DNA of 64,000 bases from Nageia nagi (lineage: Eukaryota; Plantae; Pinophyta): NCBI GenBank assembly GCA_050084985.1, contig JBITNC010000001.1:174964001-175028000 (forward strand), given 5' to 3'. Below, one piece after another: positions 27,201 to 39,817 of this stretch. Position numbers and translations under genes: made by a program. Within the stretch, counting starts at the first letter, position 1. The number at the start of each line of letters is the position of its first letter. The notes under the pieces were generated by a model. That model did no database searches. It saw nothing but the letters and a program-made list of their open reading frames with translations, and was not told the origin of the DNA.

Positions 27201-28240
27201 TTTTACTTGGGTGACAATCTTGTGGCATGGCATAGTACAAAGAAGGAATCCATTTCTTTGTCCACAACAGAGGAAAAATACATAGCAACAACATCGTGTT
27301 GTACATAGGTACTATGGATGAAACAAATGATAAAGGACCTTGGTATTCATATCAATAAGTCCATTTCAGTGTTATGTGATAATACAAGTGCAATCAATAT
27401 CTCAAAGAACTCAATAATGCATTCTTGCACAAAGCATATTGCTATTTGGTACTATTTCTTGAAGGAAAAAGTTGCTAAAGGAGAGGTTAAGTTGGAGTTT
27501 GTTCTAACAACAAAGCAAGTAGCAAACATCATCACCAAACCATTGCATAAGGACATGTTTGAGTACTTTTGCAAGAAATTGAGAGTGGTCACACTTCCCA
27601 AGCATTGATTAGCTCTTGAGACCACATTCTTAGGTGGAGCATTTTTGTCTTTGTTTATCTTTTTGCTACTATTTATGATGATTTTTGCTAAGCATGTACT
27701 AATTTTTTCTTGAGAATGTTATGTATGGACTTAGGGGGAGTTTGTAGGCAACCCTTTGGTCTTACTGTCAAGGGGGGGGGGGTGGGGGGAAAGAGTTACA
27801 AATTTGTGCATGTTTTGCCAACAATTTCAAAGGGGGAGATTGTTGAGCAAGGTGCAACAACAATGTTGTTATTGTTGTCAACACATTATTATGGACGTAT
27901 TCAAGGCTTGCATGGTAATTTTTAGTGTGTTTCAATGTGTAAAGTTGCAAAAACTATCAAAAGTTGTCAAAAAATTGCAAATGGTGCAAAAATTGTTCAT
28001 ACATGCTTATTTGGATATATTTGATGCTTATGAGGATGTTTTTGATGTTTGGGTGAAGTTGTTACATGTTTGTGCAAATTTGCAAAAGTTGCAAAAATCA
28101 TCAAGAAGTTGTCAAAATTGCAAAAGTTGTCAACAAGGAACAAAAGTTGCAAATCTTGCTTCTATGTGCTAATGGACTATGTTGTATGGTCCAACATATC
28201 TTTTGAAACCTCATTTGTCAATTGGAAGTGAAGTTGCATC

Positions 28241-29321
28241 TGATGAGCCCAAGCCGTTGACTCATGCTCAAACGCACATTAGGAGAGGGATGTTTTCCTT
28301 GAAGCTCTGGATCTCACCAATCAAGCACACAATTACACAATAAACCCAACATTTAGCTATAATTAGTAGAAATGAAGCAAATACTCATCAAAAATATACA
28401 AATACCCACCATAGGGTGTAAGGAAGCCAAAATACAAATTATCAATGCAAAATACACTTCCAGATTCAGTGTCTAAGAATAAAGAGACAATTGAAAATAA
28501 TGACAACACATAATGTGATTGAATTACGGAATAAGAGAACCACAATTAAAATATCTTCAATGAGAGTGTTATAGCAATGGTATTTTTGGTACCTAAGGAG
28601 CTTAAACTAGGGTTGCCTCCAATAGGGTTATTGTATTGCAACAGTAGCAAGGCCAAGCCTAGGGTTTCCTTATGTCTCAATGATGGAACAACCAAAGTTC
28701 CTCTCTTGAATAGCTAGAGTAAGCAAGAGGCTAGCCATCAATCACCTCAAGAACTCAAATGCAAACTAGCGCCTACAAGTAGCAAAGATAGAGTTCTCAC
28801 TCTCAATTCGATAGAAGGGGGTTTAATAATAAATTCAACATATCTCATGTATTCTATGAGTTCTTTTATAGGCGAGGTGGTTCATCTTCTAATATCAAGT
28901 TAAGTTGATCTAACGACGTACAAGAGTGATCCGTGTGCTCACAATGCCAATGTCCAAGATAGGATGACTTGGGATGAGAGTAATCACATTCAAGGGTCAA
29001 TAATGCCAACGTTGGATAAGGGGAGTCTTCCATGTGCCTCGGTGTCAATGCCACTTGCTAGTAACCTCCAAGGATGAGACATGAGGCCTTGGTATGCCCA
29101 TAAGCTCAACATGGGGTCTTGATATGCTCACAAGCCCAATGTCCAAGTGGGGAAGTTGTTTGATGTCTTGGGATGCCAAATGTACCACGTCCAAGCATAG
29201 GAGTCTTCATGGTGCCTCATGATCGATGTTATCTACCAGGTGCATGATCTACCTTGAGAGGGGAGCATTAATGCTAAAAGGACCATTTAATTGCAATATT
29301 ACAATAATCAAGGCTCTAATA
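28241..29321. mobile_element. LTR-like fragment abutting the truncated copia 3' LTR
   Basis: Starts with TG where copia LTR similarity stops; non-coding; internal ~180-bp degenerate duplication (CCAATGTCCAAG, GGAGTCTT..GTGCCTC); no partner LTR found. Confidence 0.35.
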
Positions 29322-29489
29322 TGCAATGCCCCAAATTAGGTTGGTAATATTGCATTTACAGTTAAAAATGGTCTTGGTATCACCAATACAACATTATGAA
29401 CATGATTACGACTACCATTAATTACAAATATGGAAATTACATACGAATCACACCTAGATAAACTAAATTACTATTTCTCATCCCTAGAG

Positions 29490-30346
29490 GACATATGTCA
29501 CTCTCAAATGAGAGTCAACAATGGATTTTCGTGCGTAGATGATATGATTAGATTGGCCTGATGAATGAACTTCCAAGTGCCATAACTCCTTCGTTTCTTG
29601 ATGAAACCTAGTTGGATAACCTGTCAAAATGATTGATAAGAGGTCCCCATTCCATTCCAAGTGTTGAAATGTCCATTTATGGATTGTAGAAGATGAAATC
29701 CCCTTGAAACAAAAAATGACTAAAACTTTACAAATTGGGGATATTACAAATTTACCCCTCCAATATTGTTTGTCCCCAAGCAATGCAAAGACATTCTCTA
29801 GGTTGATAATGTCCCAATTTGCTCTTGAAAGGAATTCTTCCTATTTCTGTTGCACTATTTTGATTGCAAATCCATCTTGCCATGGTGGTACTCTAGGTGC
29901 TATTTCCTTGTTAATAGCAATGGAATATAGTGTCACCAAACTGAATATGAACAAATGGAAAGGAATGTTTCTTAGTTATGATTTCTCATAAATAGTAGTG
30001 GAATAAATGTACCAAATTGAAATGTATTCATGCCAAAATATTTTTAAGTTGCCTTCATGATGTCTTATGTTTTCATATGCCACTGAACTGTGTGAAAACA
30101 AGTCCGAGTGTGGATGATCAATAGTGGAATAACCATTCCAAACTAATACTAATGCTCCTCTAAGTATCTCAAATCTGTTTTTGATGTCCTCCACACGTCC
30201 AAGTTCTCTATATTGATATTCACCATTTGCAAACAAACAGTAGAAAACAAGATATTCACCCTTATCAACTCAAGAATCTTCCCTATGTAAGAAAGTCACC
30301 TCATCCTTCCATTCTTATGATAAATCTGTGTTCAAAAGCCATAATT
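29490..30346 (-). pseudogene. Highly decayed gypsy integrase-region fragment
   Basis: Scattered integrase-like peptides on the minus strand; many stops and frameshifts. Confidence 0.45.
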
Positions 30347-30349
30347 GAA

Positions 30350-31376
30350 ACTTAGCAAAGCATGAATCACGACCAACTTGATCCTTAGATTCAAACTTAA
30401 ACAATGTTTCAATTTAAACATAAATCATGATCGTCTTGATCCTTTGATTTACATTGAAACAATGTTCATGAAAAATATTATCCAACAATAGCATACTTCC
30501 TATGCTTATGTGGACTTATCATCTTTAGAGGGGTTGTCAAGTCATTCTTGGTAATATCATTTTCTAATATACCTTGATAAAAGTAGTAGAAACCTTTTCA
30601 TCAAGATCAAACTTAATCCAAAGCATTCTAACAATACAATTAGTTACCAATATCACTTAATAATCACACATCAATGTTGATGACAAACAAGTTCTAAGAT
30701 CAATATTTTTACCTGTTCTCAAATTAATACCATCCATGGTCTAAGCATCATCAATTACTTATCTTAGAAAGAGATCCTATTTCATTTTCTTGTCATCACT
30801 TAGTAATTTATTGTACAATTGTTCTAAGTGCATGATTCTATTTTATTTTATTAAAACCTTAATATCTAGAAGCATACTTTACTTTGTCTTCTTTTCTAGA
30901 TATTCCTAGCAAAATCAATTCAAACATTCAATTAAATATTTAAATGTGTAGCAAACAGTAAATCTAGATCATATTCAACTTGTTCTCGATTTCTAGATTT
31001 ACATAAAAGGTCATATTAAACATTTATTGAATGTTTGAAAGAAAGTTTAAAGTTATTTTATATTATGTATTTAAATATATAATATAATATTATTTTCATA
31101 GACTTCTAAATTTCATTAAATAGTCATTAAATCTTTAATTAATTAGATACAATTTTCTTATTTGCTCCAATACTTAAAAATATAACTTTTTTTAAAATAT
31201 TCCTAGCAAATCTATGTTCTTATGACATTCATTATATTTTTTATACGTTCTCATTTGCTCTAATATTTTAAAATAAATTTATTCTTATATATTTGAAGCA
31301 AATCTATTATATCTCAGTCAACATCAATAATAACTTTACAAATCCCAAATTTTATAATTATCTTCATCTTTATAAT
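30350..31376. repeat. AT-rich duplicated segment, copy 1 part a (continues 43523-43780 and 45660-~45920)
   Basis: Colinear with 62250-64000 starting at ACTTAGCAAAGCATGAATCAC. Confidence 0.92.
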
Positions 31377-33264
31377 TGTTAACACCTAAAAAAGAATTTT
31401 AATATAATTAAAATACCCTTGTAGCTATTTGTAATAATTTATTTATTTAAATGATTTATTACTCTTTTCATTATGGACACTTATTTACCTTTATGTTTTA
31501 TGATAACAAGTTGGCTCGCATCACCATAAGTCCAAGGAAGAGCCTTGGTACTAGACTTACTATCTATAAAGGTAAGTGGAAGGGTTGTGCATGAGAAATT
31601 ATTACATGATTTGGAATCTTTGATAGGTGGTAATATACTTGTGTCATTCTTGAACAATATTTCTCAACGTCATCTATCATATCTAGATTTTGTTATGCAC
31701 CTAGCTCTACATTTTTACAATCTTTTGAACCCATTTGTGCATGATATTCTGAGCCTTGAAGGTGTGACGAGGACATCGAGCAAAAGGAAAGGTGAATTGG
31801 AATAGTAACCAAACGATTTTGTTGGGATCCTAGCACCGTCACTAGGTTGAGGTCATATTGGTAGCTCTTTTTTCGGAGAAGCTCATTTCTCCCATCTCGA
31901 TCAGATATATCTTTCATTCATCATTACAGGGAAAGTACAAGTTGTATCTTTCGTTAATCCAGTTTCATAGGTTAAAATAATTCTCTTTAGATCATTCGTC
32001 ATGGCATTGTTCATAAGTTGGTTAAAAAAGATGAGTGTATGGTGGAAATAAGAAAATTGAAGTATGATAATCTACCAAAAGATCTAAAAAAGTCATATCC
32101 AAAGAAGAAAGATAGACATCTCTAAGTAGTTGAGGGGGTCCATACATTGAGTGGCGATGCTCCAAGAGAGAATAATGAAAAGGATGATTTATGACTCCCT
32201 CTTCCCCCTAAGGTCATGTACAAAGATTGTCTACAGTGAGGATTGATTAAACCAAGTCCAATACAAGAGCTAGGAGAAGATGATTCAAAGACAAAATGGT
32301 ACAATGAAAAATATTTATTATCTTTATCATCAAGTTAAAGGGCATAGGACTAATGGATGTATTGCATTAAGGAAAAATCTACAAAAACTTATTGATAGTG
32401 GTAAAATCAATTATAATCCAAATGATAATGATGATTGTTATGAATCTAGTGAAGATGGTTTTCAAGTCAATAACATTTGTGCCAATATACCCTACGAACA
32501 TCTGTCAATAATGTCACATTCAAAACATGATCAAGATGAAATAAGTATGTTCAAGTTACAATCTCTTTTATGCATAGAGAAGCTTTCTTACAGATTATGT
32601 AGAATATGAATATATACTCTCATGTTTCAGCATAGGAATTGTCACAAATAACAAAAATTACCTTTCCAAATATTGAAGTACCAAACAAAGAAAATGAGAA
32701 AGATCATGAAGAACCAATTGAGCAAAAAGAACAAGAATAGGTTGCAAATATTGATACAAACTTTGGGGTAAGTAAATTGGAGGATATCAGAGTTCAAGAA
32801 GAGTTTTTGAGGTTCAAAAGTATGTAGAGTTCAAAAGAAATTGAGCGATGATGCTTAAAAGAGGAACCCCAACAACATCGCTCTAAAAAATGTTGTCAAT
32901 TGCAAAACGAAAAAAGTTTAGGAGGTCATATATATGGAGATAAATGAAAAAAGTGAATCGATATTACCAGAATCAGTTACAACATTTTCAAAATGTCCTA
33001 AGAAGTTGAAGTGCAAAAACAAGTTAAAAAAAAGAATAAACAATAATAGGAAAATACCAAAGTGTGAAGAAAAATGTAAAGATAATGTTGTACAAATTTT
33101 TATGATAGGTTTACATTCTATACAATAAGGTAAGCCTATCACTCTTGTATTCAAGGATATTGCTGCTCCTCTACAATTCTTGGGGGCAAAAGGTCCCTCA
33201 ATTCAAAGGTAAGTTTATGTATTATTCTCTAATTTGATCTTTACGGTTCATTTAATTATTCTTC

Positions 33265-33430
33265 CCTTAGGTACTTGGGGCAATAAGTACTTGATGATTC
33301 TTATCACCCGTTGGGTACTTTGGGTAATAAATACTTAATGATTCTTCTCATTCCTTGGGTACTTGGGGTAATAAGTACTAGATGATTTTCATCCCTTAGG
33401 TACTTGGGGAAATAAGTACCATGATGATTC
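33265..33430. repeat. ~42-bp tandem repeat x4 in the host element's internal region
   Basis: GGTACTTGGGG(N)AATAAGTAC..GATGATT units, each with a GTACTT/AAGTAC inverted repeat. Confidence 0.85.
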
Positions 33431-34524
33431 TCTTTTATGATGATCCTTCCAGTTTATTCTTCATGATGTTGATCCTTATACTTTGATAATTATATGATAA
33501 TCCTATGATATAAGATAACAAATTTTTCTATGAGATATATATGTGTGAAATTTTTTGTTGTTTTATGATAAATGTAGGTAATTTTCTTTGTGATGTTTGA
33601 GTGATGTCGCTCCATACATAGTGATGATGCTCCGTTCGTAAAAGGTAAAATGAAATTGTTTTGATGTCATCAAATGGGTAAGTGTAGGTAACATTTGCTT
33701 ATTCCTTATTCGTTGGTTAATGATGAACAGATAGGTACACATGTAAATGTGTATTTGATTTCTTACGATATTTGATAATTGGTAAGTTCTCTTAATTATG
33801 GCAATTTGGTAATGATTGAATGATGTTAATGAACAATTATATTCATGTTTGGAAGTTAATCTTAGCAAATGAATACAATTTTGAAGTGTATGTCCAAGAT
33901 ATCTTTGTTGATTACTTGAAAATGTTTAAAAGATACTTTTTCATATTATTTATTATTTCTTTGCTTTCCTTAACTAAACCTGCAGGAAATTATGTGAGAA
34001 ATCCCAACGAGGCAACTAGGTTTTGAGGGATGCCGTCGTGTTATTGAAAATTTTCATATTCCATAAATTATATTTTGCATATCATGCTTATCATATAATA
34101 TCTATCATACATTATTTATCATTATTATCATATGATGTTTTGCCATATCATCAGATGTAAAATGTTTAACATATCATATGCTTATCATATATTGCTTCAT
34201 ATCATGCTTATCATTGGCTTCTTTGTAAGGGAGGGACAACCTTATCAAAATCCATGGAAACATGGTGGCTTGGGAATCCCAACTTATCACATAAATTGGT
34301 AATCTATCTTCATACTCTTGGTGAGTAAGTCACCAAGGAAAAATTTGATATCTTATTCTTTACATGCTTACATATCTTATGATTTTTAATGTCTATATTT
34401 GAGATATCTTGCTGTTAACACATAAAAATGAATTTATGTTTTTAAATCAATAAATTAATGAAATATGCTTGGCCTAACTATATGTCTTGAATGGATTAAA
34501 GTGATAATATCAATGTTTGGCTTG

Positions 34525-34640
34525 AATATGAATATTGTATGGTTTACCTTGAATATTGCATGGTTTATCTTGAATATTGCATGGGTTATCTTGAATATTG
34601 TATGGTTTATCTTGAGTATTGCATGAATTATCTTGTTTAT
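34525..34640. repeat. ~21-bp tandem repeats in LTR U3 (both LTRs)
   Basis: CTTGAATATTG(C/T)ATGGTTTAT about 5 times; again at ~41786-41900. Confidence 0.85.
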
Positions 34641-35313
34641 TGATGTGTTTATATTAAATCTTGTGAATTAACCTTATTTATGTGGATGCACGCCGACCTG
34701 TGGGCGGTATTATCTATTATCTATATAAATAAGGGATCTAATAGTAAGTCCACAACAACAAGGATACACATGATCCCGCGTATGGTCTTGTAAGTGGCTA
34801 CCCCTTAAGGTATCTCTTGGTACCGCCTACAAGGCTGTGGTTTGTGTGCTTTCCTTACGCGAGCTCTCCTGACATATGCGATCAATTCTGATATTACACT
34901 GCAATCTGAGATATCTATACTGAGGATCTGGACCTAATCGAGAGGTCAAAGCTATCAAGCTAGGGCCGCCGGCGCTCCTTTGTGAACGGAAGAACACCGC
35001 CGGTGCTCTAATACTACTGAAACGGACCACCCGCGGTCCTCTTTTCGCATCCTTGCAGGTCAAGACGTTGTGGAAAAGGCAGCTTATCATCACTACATCG
35101 CCAATATCTACATCTTTCATTGTCAGGTACGTTCCGTGAGGTAAGTACATGAATCACAGTCTTGGTTGGTACAAGTACACTGCTGAATTGGTTATGTTGT
35201 TTATTTGATATCTAGAATAAATCGCTATCCGTAGCTAGTATATAGATAATATTAAGTTTGTAGATATTTCTCTGTTCATTTATTTACACGCTCAATTTTT
35301 ATTTGTAAACATT

Positions 35314-35331
35314 TGGTGAACCCGACGTGAA
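35314..35331 (+). promoter_or_regulatory. Primer binding site complementary to tRNA-Trp
   Basis: TGGTGAACCCGACGTGAA, 2 nt after the LTR end; reverse complement of the plant tRNA-Trp 3' end (...TTCACGTCGGGTTCACCA, recalled, not searched). Confidence 0.88.
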
Positions 35332-35402
35332 CTACAAATCATTATACTAAAACCCTAAAGGTTTTAGTTAAGATTAACATCTATTTTGTGAGTGTCTTAG
35401 TT

Positions 35403-36713
35403 ATGGAACAGCTTAAGTTATTCTTGCGAAGCCTTTCAAAAAGAGATTTGGATGAGTTATTGGTAGAAATCAGACATGATGATCCAGAGGGATCCGGAGG
35501 AATGCAAAATAGCATTGAGGGTGACAATAGCAATTTTCAGGCTACTATGGAAGGTATGTAGAGGTAGATAGACAGATTGGCAAGAAGATCAACGCCACCT
35601 AATGATTCTTTCGAATTTGGTAGTCCTTTATGTGGTGACATTCGTAGGCATATGCCACCATCCGATTACAAAGAACCAAAATTCAGTAAGTTCAATGGTG
35701 GAGGAGATCCAAGGAGACATATACAAGGATTTAAGGATGAATGTGAACTCACAATTGGTACCGACCAAAGATTGCAGGCTAAATTCTTCCCCCAGAGCTT
35801 GGAAGGAGATGCACGAGAATGGTTTTATGGCTTACCTGAAGGGTCCATTACATCATTTGAGGAATTCAGTGATTTGTTTCTGGAGCAATATAAGCATAAC
35901 ATCAAGAAGGAGGTTATGCTATCAGATTTATGTGCTATTAAACAAGACAGTGATGAGCAACTGGATAAATTTGTTGTAAGGTTTAAGAAGACATGGCAGC
36001 AAGTAAAGATTAGGTTAACAGAAAAAGAGGTAAATAACATTTTTAAAGAAGCTGTTATATTGCCCTTACAAGCATATGTTATTGATTATACACATCTCAC
36101 ATTTTCCGATATGATGTATAAACTGTTAGAGAAAGAAAAAGTTCTTGTGAAGCTAGGGCTTGTAAAGTATGGTAATAATGAAAAGGCAAAAGCAAAGGAT
36201 AAGAGATCACATTCGCCGAAGAAAGAGAAATATGTCCATATGGTTGAGAATACAAGTGAGACGAAGGAAAAGAGATATGTGAGATTTCCCATACCTCTAA
36301 GACACATCCTAAAAGATCTTGTGGAAAAAGGGTTATTACAACCTTTACCGAAGCGTGAGGAAGATCCCACAGCAGAAAAACCCCATTGGTATAAGGAAGA
36401 TAGATATTGTGAATATCATCAGGCTAAAGGCCATGCTACAAACGGATGTGGAAATCTTAGGTATAGAATACAAAAGCTCATAGAAGATGGATTCTATGTA
36501 TGTCCAGCAAAGGTCAAAGATACAGGAGAAGAACAGCATATCAATACGATCTTCCTTGAGGATGCTAACCCGGTAGGAGCTCCAGGCCTCCCGAAGATAT
36601 CATTTGGTAGATTGAAATACATAAAAAAAAAGAGAGAGAGAAAAGCTAGCAGTTGGTTCAGGTCTCTAACAGATGTCAGGGTTAAGAGATTGGGAGGTTT
36701 CATGAAGTCATAA
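35403..36713 (+). pseudogene. Gag (Tat-like) with two in-frame TAG stops near the N-terminus
   Basis: ATG 35403 is in frame with ORF 35577-36713, with TAG at 35559 and 35565; PKFSKFNGGGDPRRHI, FPQSLEGDAREWF, YCEYHQAKGHATNGC; no protease motif follows. Confidence 0.92.
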
Positions 36714-36996
36714 CAGGAGCACCGATGTTGTATTTCGGGAGAAAAAGACCATCGGTGGTCCTCTTTTAGGGAAAAAATAGAGGAAAGCAAAAGATTCCAA
36801 GTACGTTCGCAACATGAAAGGTCAGAATTTCAGGTCGTATCGTTGGTGTTCGTTCGCAAGGATCACGAAACATCAAATTCATGCATCACAAGTACATGAA
36901 CAAAGAATAAATCAGGTACCAAAGTTTATGTTTTATATATCATGATCAAAATGTTTTTGTTTACAATGCAAACTGAATGAGATTACATAGAGTGAT

Positions 36997-39233
36997 TTAA
37001 AATCTCCTACTAGACCCCCCACCCCCTACACTAGAGCTAGTAGCACTGCTAGAGGTGCCACCCCCGCACTGTGCCCTGTATTTCTCTACGCGGGCCTTCT
37101 CCTCGCCGATCTATCTCTTGACCTAGCGAAGCTGCTCGTAGAGGACCTTGATTTCTTTGTTGGCCACCTGTAAGTCCTGATAGATACCAACATAATCTCC
37201 TCCTCCGAACCGTAGACGACCCTGTAGCTCTCTGATCTCCTCATCCTTCTGATCGATTTGGCTACGCAGCCTAGCTATCTCAACCTCAGGATCTGTGACA
37301 TAGCATTAACATATCATGTTAGTTCCTTACGTATTATGAAAAATAGAAAGTCAAAGCAAAGTAAAAGAGAAAGTAATTTACCATCATCATCTTCATCGTA
37401 GTCTTCATCCTCCCAGTCTGATTCTATCTTATATTCAGGTTCATATTCATCCTGGTCCGGATCAGTCTCCTCATTATCGTCATGCCCTGCATCTAGAGAT
37501 GTGTCACGAGCGTATGAAGAGCTACTCTCCCCTCCCCATCCTCCCGTGGTGAAGGGAGTGTCCCACCCGGTCTCTATGTCTCTTGGGTCCTCATCCTCCC
37601 ATGCATCGTCACCCATGTCAGTATCGTGAATGCCTATGTGGTGAGGGCAGTGTGTCCTCCACCAGTCTAGATAGTCCTCTGTATGATCAGGTCCATCTAT
37701 GTCATCATCGACATCATAGTCGAAATCCTCACTGGGGGACTCCCAGTCTGGATCCCAGTCCAGCACTAGCTCGTAATCCTCCGGGAGGTGCTTGCTACGG
37801 TAGTAGCGCACCACTATCCTGCAGTCATTCGATATACCCTGCTAAAGGCCGAACTGACGGAGTACCCGCTCTGGTCTGTACGGCTCCACTAAAGCCCTAC
37901 GTGCCTGTAGGTAGGAAGGGTGTCTCACCCATGTCATCTCCTCTAGGTCTTCCTCCCACTCTGGTACACCTCCCCGATAAGGATGCCAGTAGATCTGCAC
38001 CTCCTGTAGTAAGTCAAGTCGCACACGCCATCCCTCTAGGTCTATGTTAGGGAAGTCTGGTACCTTGATCGTTGCCCACTGTTGCCAGGTGGGGGCATCA
38101 TCTGGCTAGTCTAGGGGTAGTATAGTCAGTCTAGAAATAGTGATGTGTTCATAGGCCCACACTTGCAGGATCATAGAGTGAGCCACCTGTCTCCCCTTTC
38201 TCTCCACCTCTGCAAAGCTGTGGAGATCATGATAAAGTTGTGCCAGTATTGCGGGGCACCATGCATATCGCTATCTGTGTATAACCATGTCCTGAATAAT
38301 AGGAATCATACCCACTGGGAAGGTCTCACTGCTCTTGTTTGGATAGACAATAGCATCTAGAAGGTAGGCAATGAAGAGCCTCATCCGCAGGTCACCCCGT
38401 GCTGGAGGATCCTCTAGCACATGTCTCACTAGTGATACACCTCTCTTCTTGTGATTCACTTCGTCTGATCCTGTCAACCATGTAGCCCATACCTCTGCCT
38501 GTTCCAAGCTCGGAACAGGAATCATCTTCACTAGTTTCCCCCTGATAGGAAGTCTAGTGATCCTGTAGATATCCTCTAAGGTCACTGTAATCTCACCGGT
38601 GGGAAGGTGAAAGGTGTTGGAATTTGGATCCCACCTCTCCATCAAAGCTGTAAGCATGTTGCGATCATGAAACACATATTCAACAAATGTAAGGTGGCTG
38701 AATGAAATATCCTCTAGAATACTCCAGGCTACGTCAGTTTGGGGCCACTGTTGGGTAGTGGTGAAGGAGGCACTCTTACCAGACAGACGCATAAGGTATG
38801 CACGGCTCTGCAAGAAAATAAGGATGAAAGGCAAGTCAGTATCAAGATGTGAAATGCAAATAGCAAAAAATAGTACAGGAAAATGAGGACCACCCATGGT
38901 CCAAACCAGGGCAGAAAGGATCGCCAACGGTCCTGTTTCCATGAAAAAGGGTAATAAAATTCGGGGTGCAGGTTCGTACGGGTGAGCATAAGGCAGCCAT
39001 GGCATTGGAAGTTCGAAAAGCAGACTAAAAAGAGAAAAATGTAGAGCTAGGGTATGCAACAGTAAAACCCTAGGGGCAATTCAGAAAAGCTGGTGTACAA
39101 GCAGCTAAAACTTGAAGAGAAACAAAAACATAGCATGAAAAAGGTAGAAGAGGTAGTGTACCTGATGACCAACTGGAGAATCAGCCACCAAGGCAACTCT
39201 GTGTCCCTCTCAGCGTGTGATCGGTAGGGCCAT
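36997..39233 (-). pseudogene. Three-exon Plant Mobile Domain (aminotransferase-like, PMD) gene with acidic tract and coiled coil, ~597 aa, 6 nonsense codons
   Basis: Exons 39233-39162, 38807-37382, 37292-36997; GT-AG introns of 354 and 89 bp keep the frame; PMD motifs LTALMERWDPNSNTFHLPTGEITVTLEDI, YAWCPAILAQLY, ILQVWAYEH, YRPERVLRQFG. Confidence 0.9.
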
Positions 39234-39379
39234 AGTGTGCAACACAACAATACAGGAAGGATTATTTAGCAATAGTGACAAAAGCACCAGCTAAACCTCT
39301 CTGAATCAGTTTCTTGAGCTCTAGGATGCTCTTAGCTATGAAAATGATAGGGTGAACAAATGAGGAAGGGTGGGGCCCC

Positions 39380-39386
39380 TTTTATA
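39380..39386 (-). promoter_or_regulatory. Putative TATA box of the antisense PMD gene
   Basis: Minus strand CTATAAAAGGGG followed by a CT-rich leader, ~150 bp upstream of the ATG at 39233. Confidence 0.55.
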
Positions 39387-39817
39387 GAAAGGTTAGGGCA
39401 CACACTTCAAGACTAATTTTGATTTGAGCATTTGGTGCATGTAGATCAGCAATTAGGCATCAATCTGGAATCCAGAGGTGATTCGCAGGGACGTGATTTT
39501 CACGGTTTTTTGATGAATCCTTAAGAAAAGGATCACCCGCGGCCTTAGTGAAGACCGCTGACGTTCTAAGTCAGTAAGAAAGGACCACCTGCGGTCCTTT
39601 ATCTAGAAAATTAGTTTATTGAGTGCATCATAGATGTTTGATCAATGTTATATCTAGGAGAATATTGCCTTGAGTTTCATGTTTACAGATCTGAATTATC
39701 AGCTTATCTAAGTATCATGTGCACGTCATAGGTGTTTGATGAATGATATATCTAGGAGAATATTGCTTTGAGTTTTCATGTTTGCAGACCCGAGTGATCA
39801 GACTATCATGATTGTGA

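Larger units (their letters stand above)
20198..27608 (+). pseudogene. copia gag-PR-IN-RT-RH polyprotein, decayed and interrupted at 22994-25632
   Basis: FDGKNYTFWRFRM; LDSGCSSHM; WYKRLGHLNF; LELVHIDLC; VYVDDIIF; LCDNTSAINISKN..HSCTKHI in copia domain order. Confidence 0.92.
17823..28240 (+). mobile_element. Ty1/copia element, SIRE-like, decayed; 3' LTR truncated
   Basis: LTRs both start TGTTGAGCAAGGTGCA (17823, 27841); 5' LTR ~2.3 kb with ATTCACCCCTCCTCT near its end; decayed Met PBS TGTTATCGGAGC 20136-20147; several G-rich tracts ending in AAAGGGGGAGAT before the 3' LTR; LTR similarity stops ~28240. Confidence 0.9.

Noticed and set aside
34827-35150. 107-aa antisense ORF present twice (also 42088-42411)
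   Set aside because: Duplicated only because it lies in the LTRs; no recognisable domain
38808-39059. Hydrophobic N-terminus of the 262-aa ORF suggesting a membrane or env-like protein
   Set aside because: Falls inside the predicted T-rich intron 1; read-through artefact
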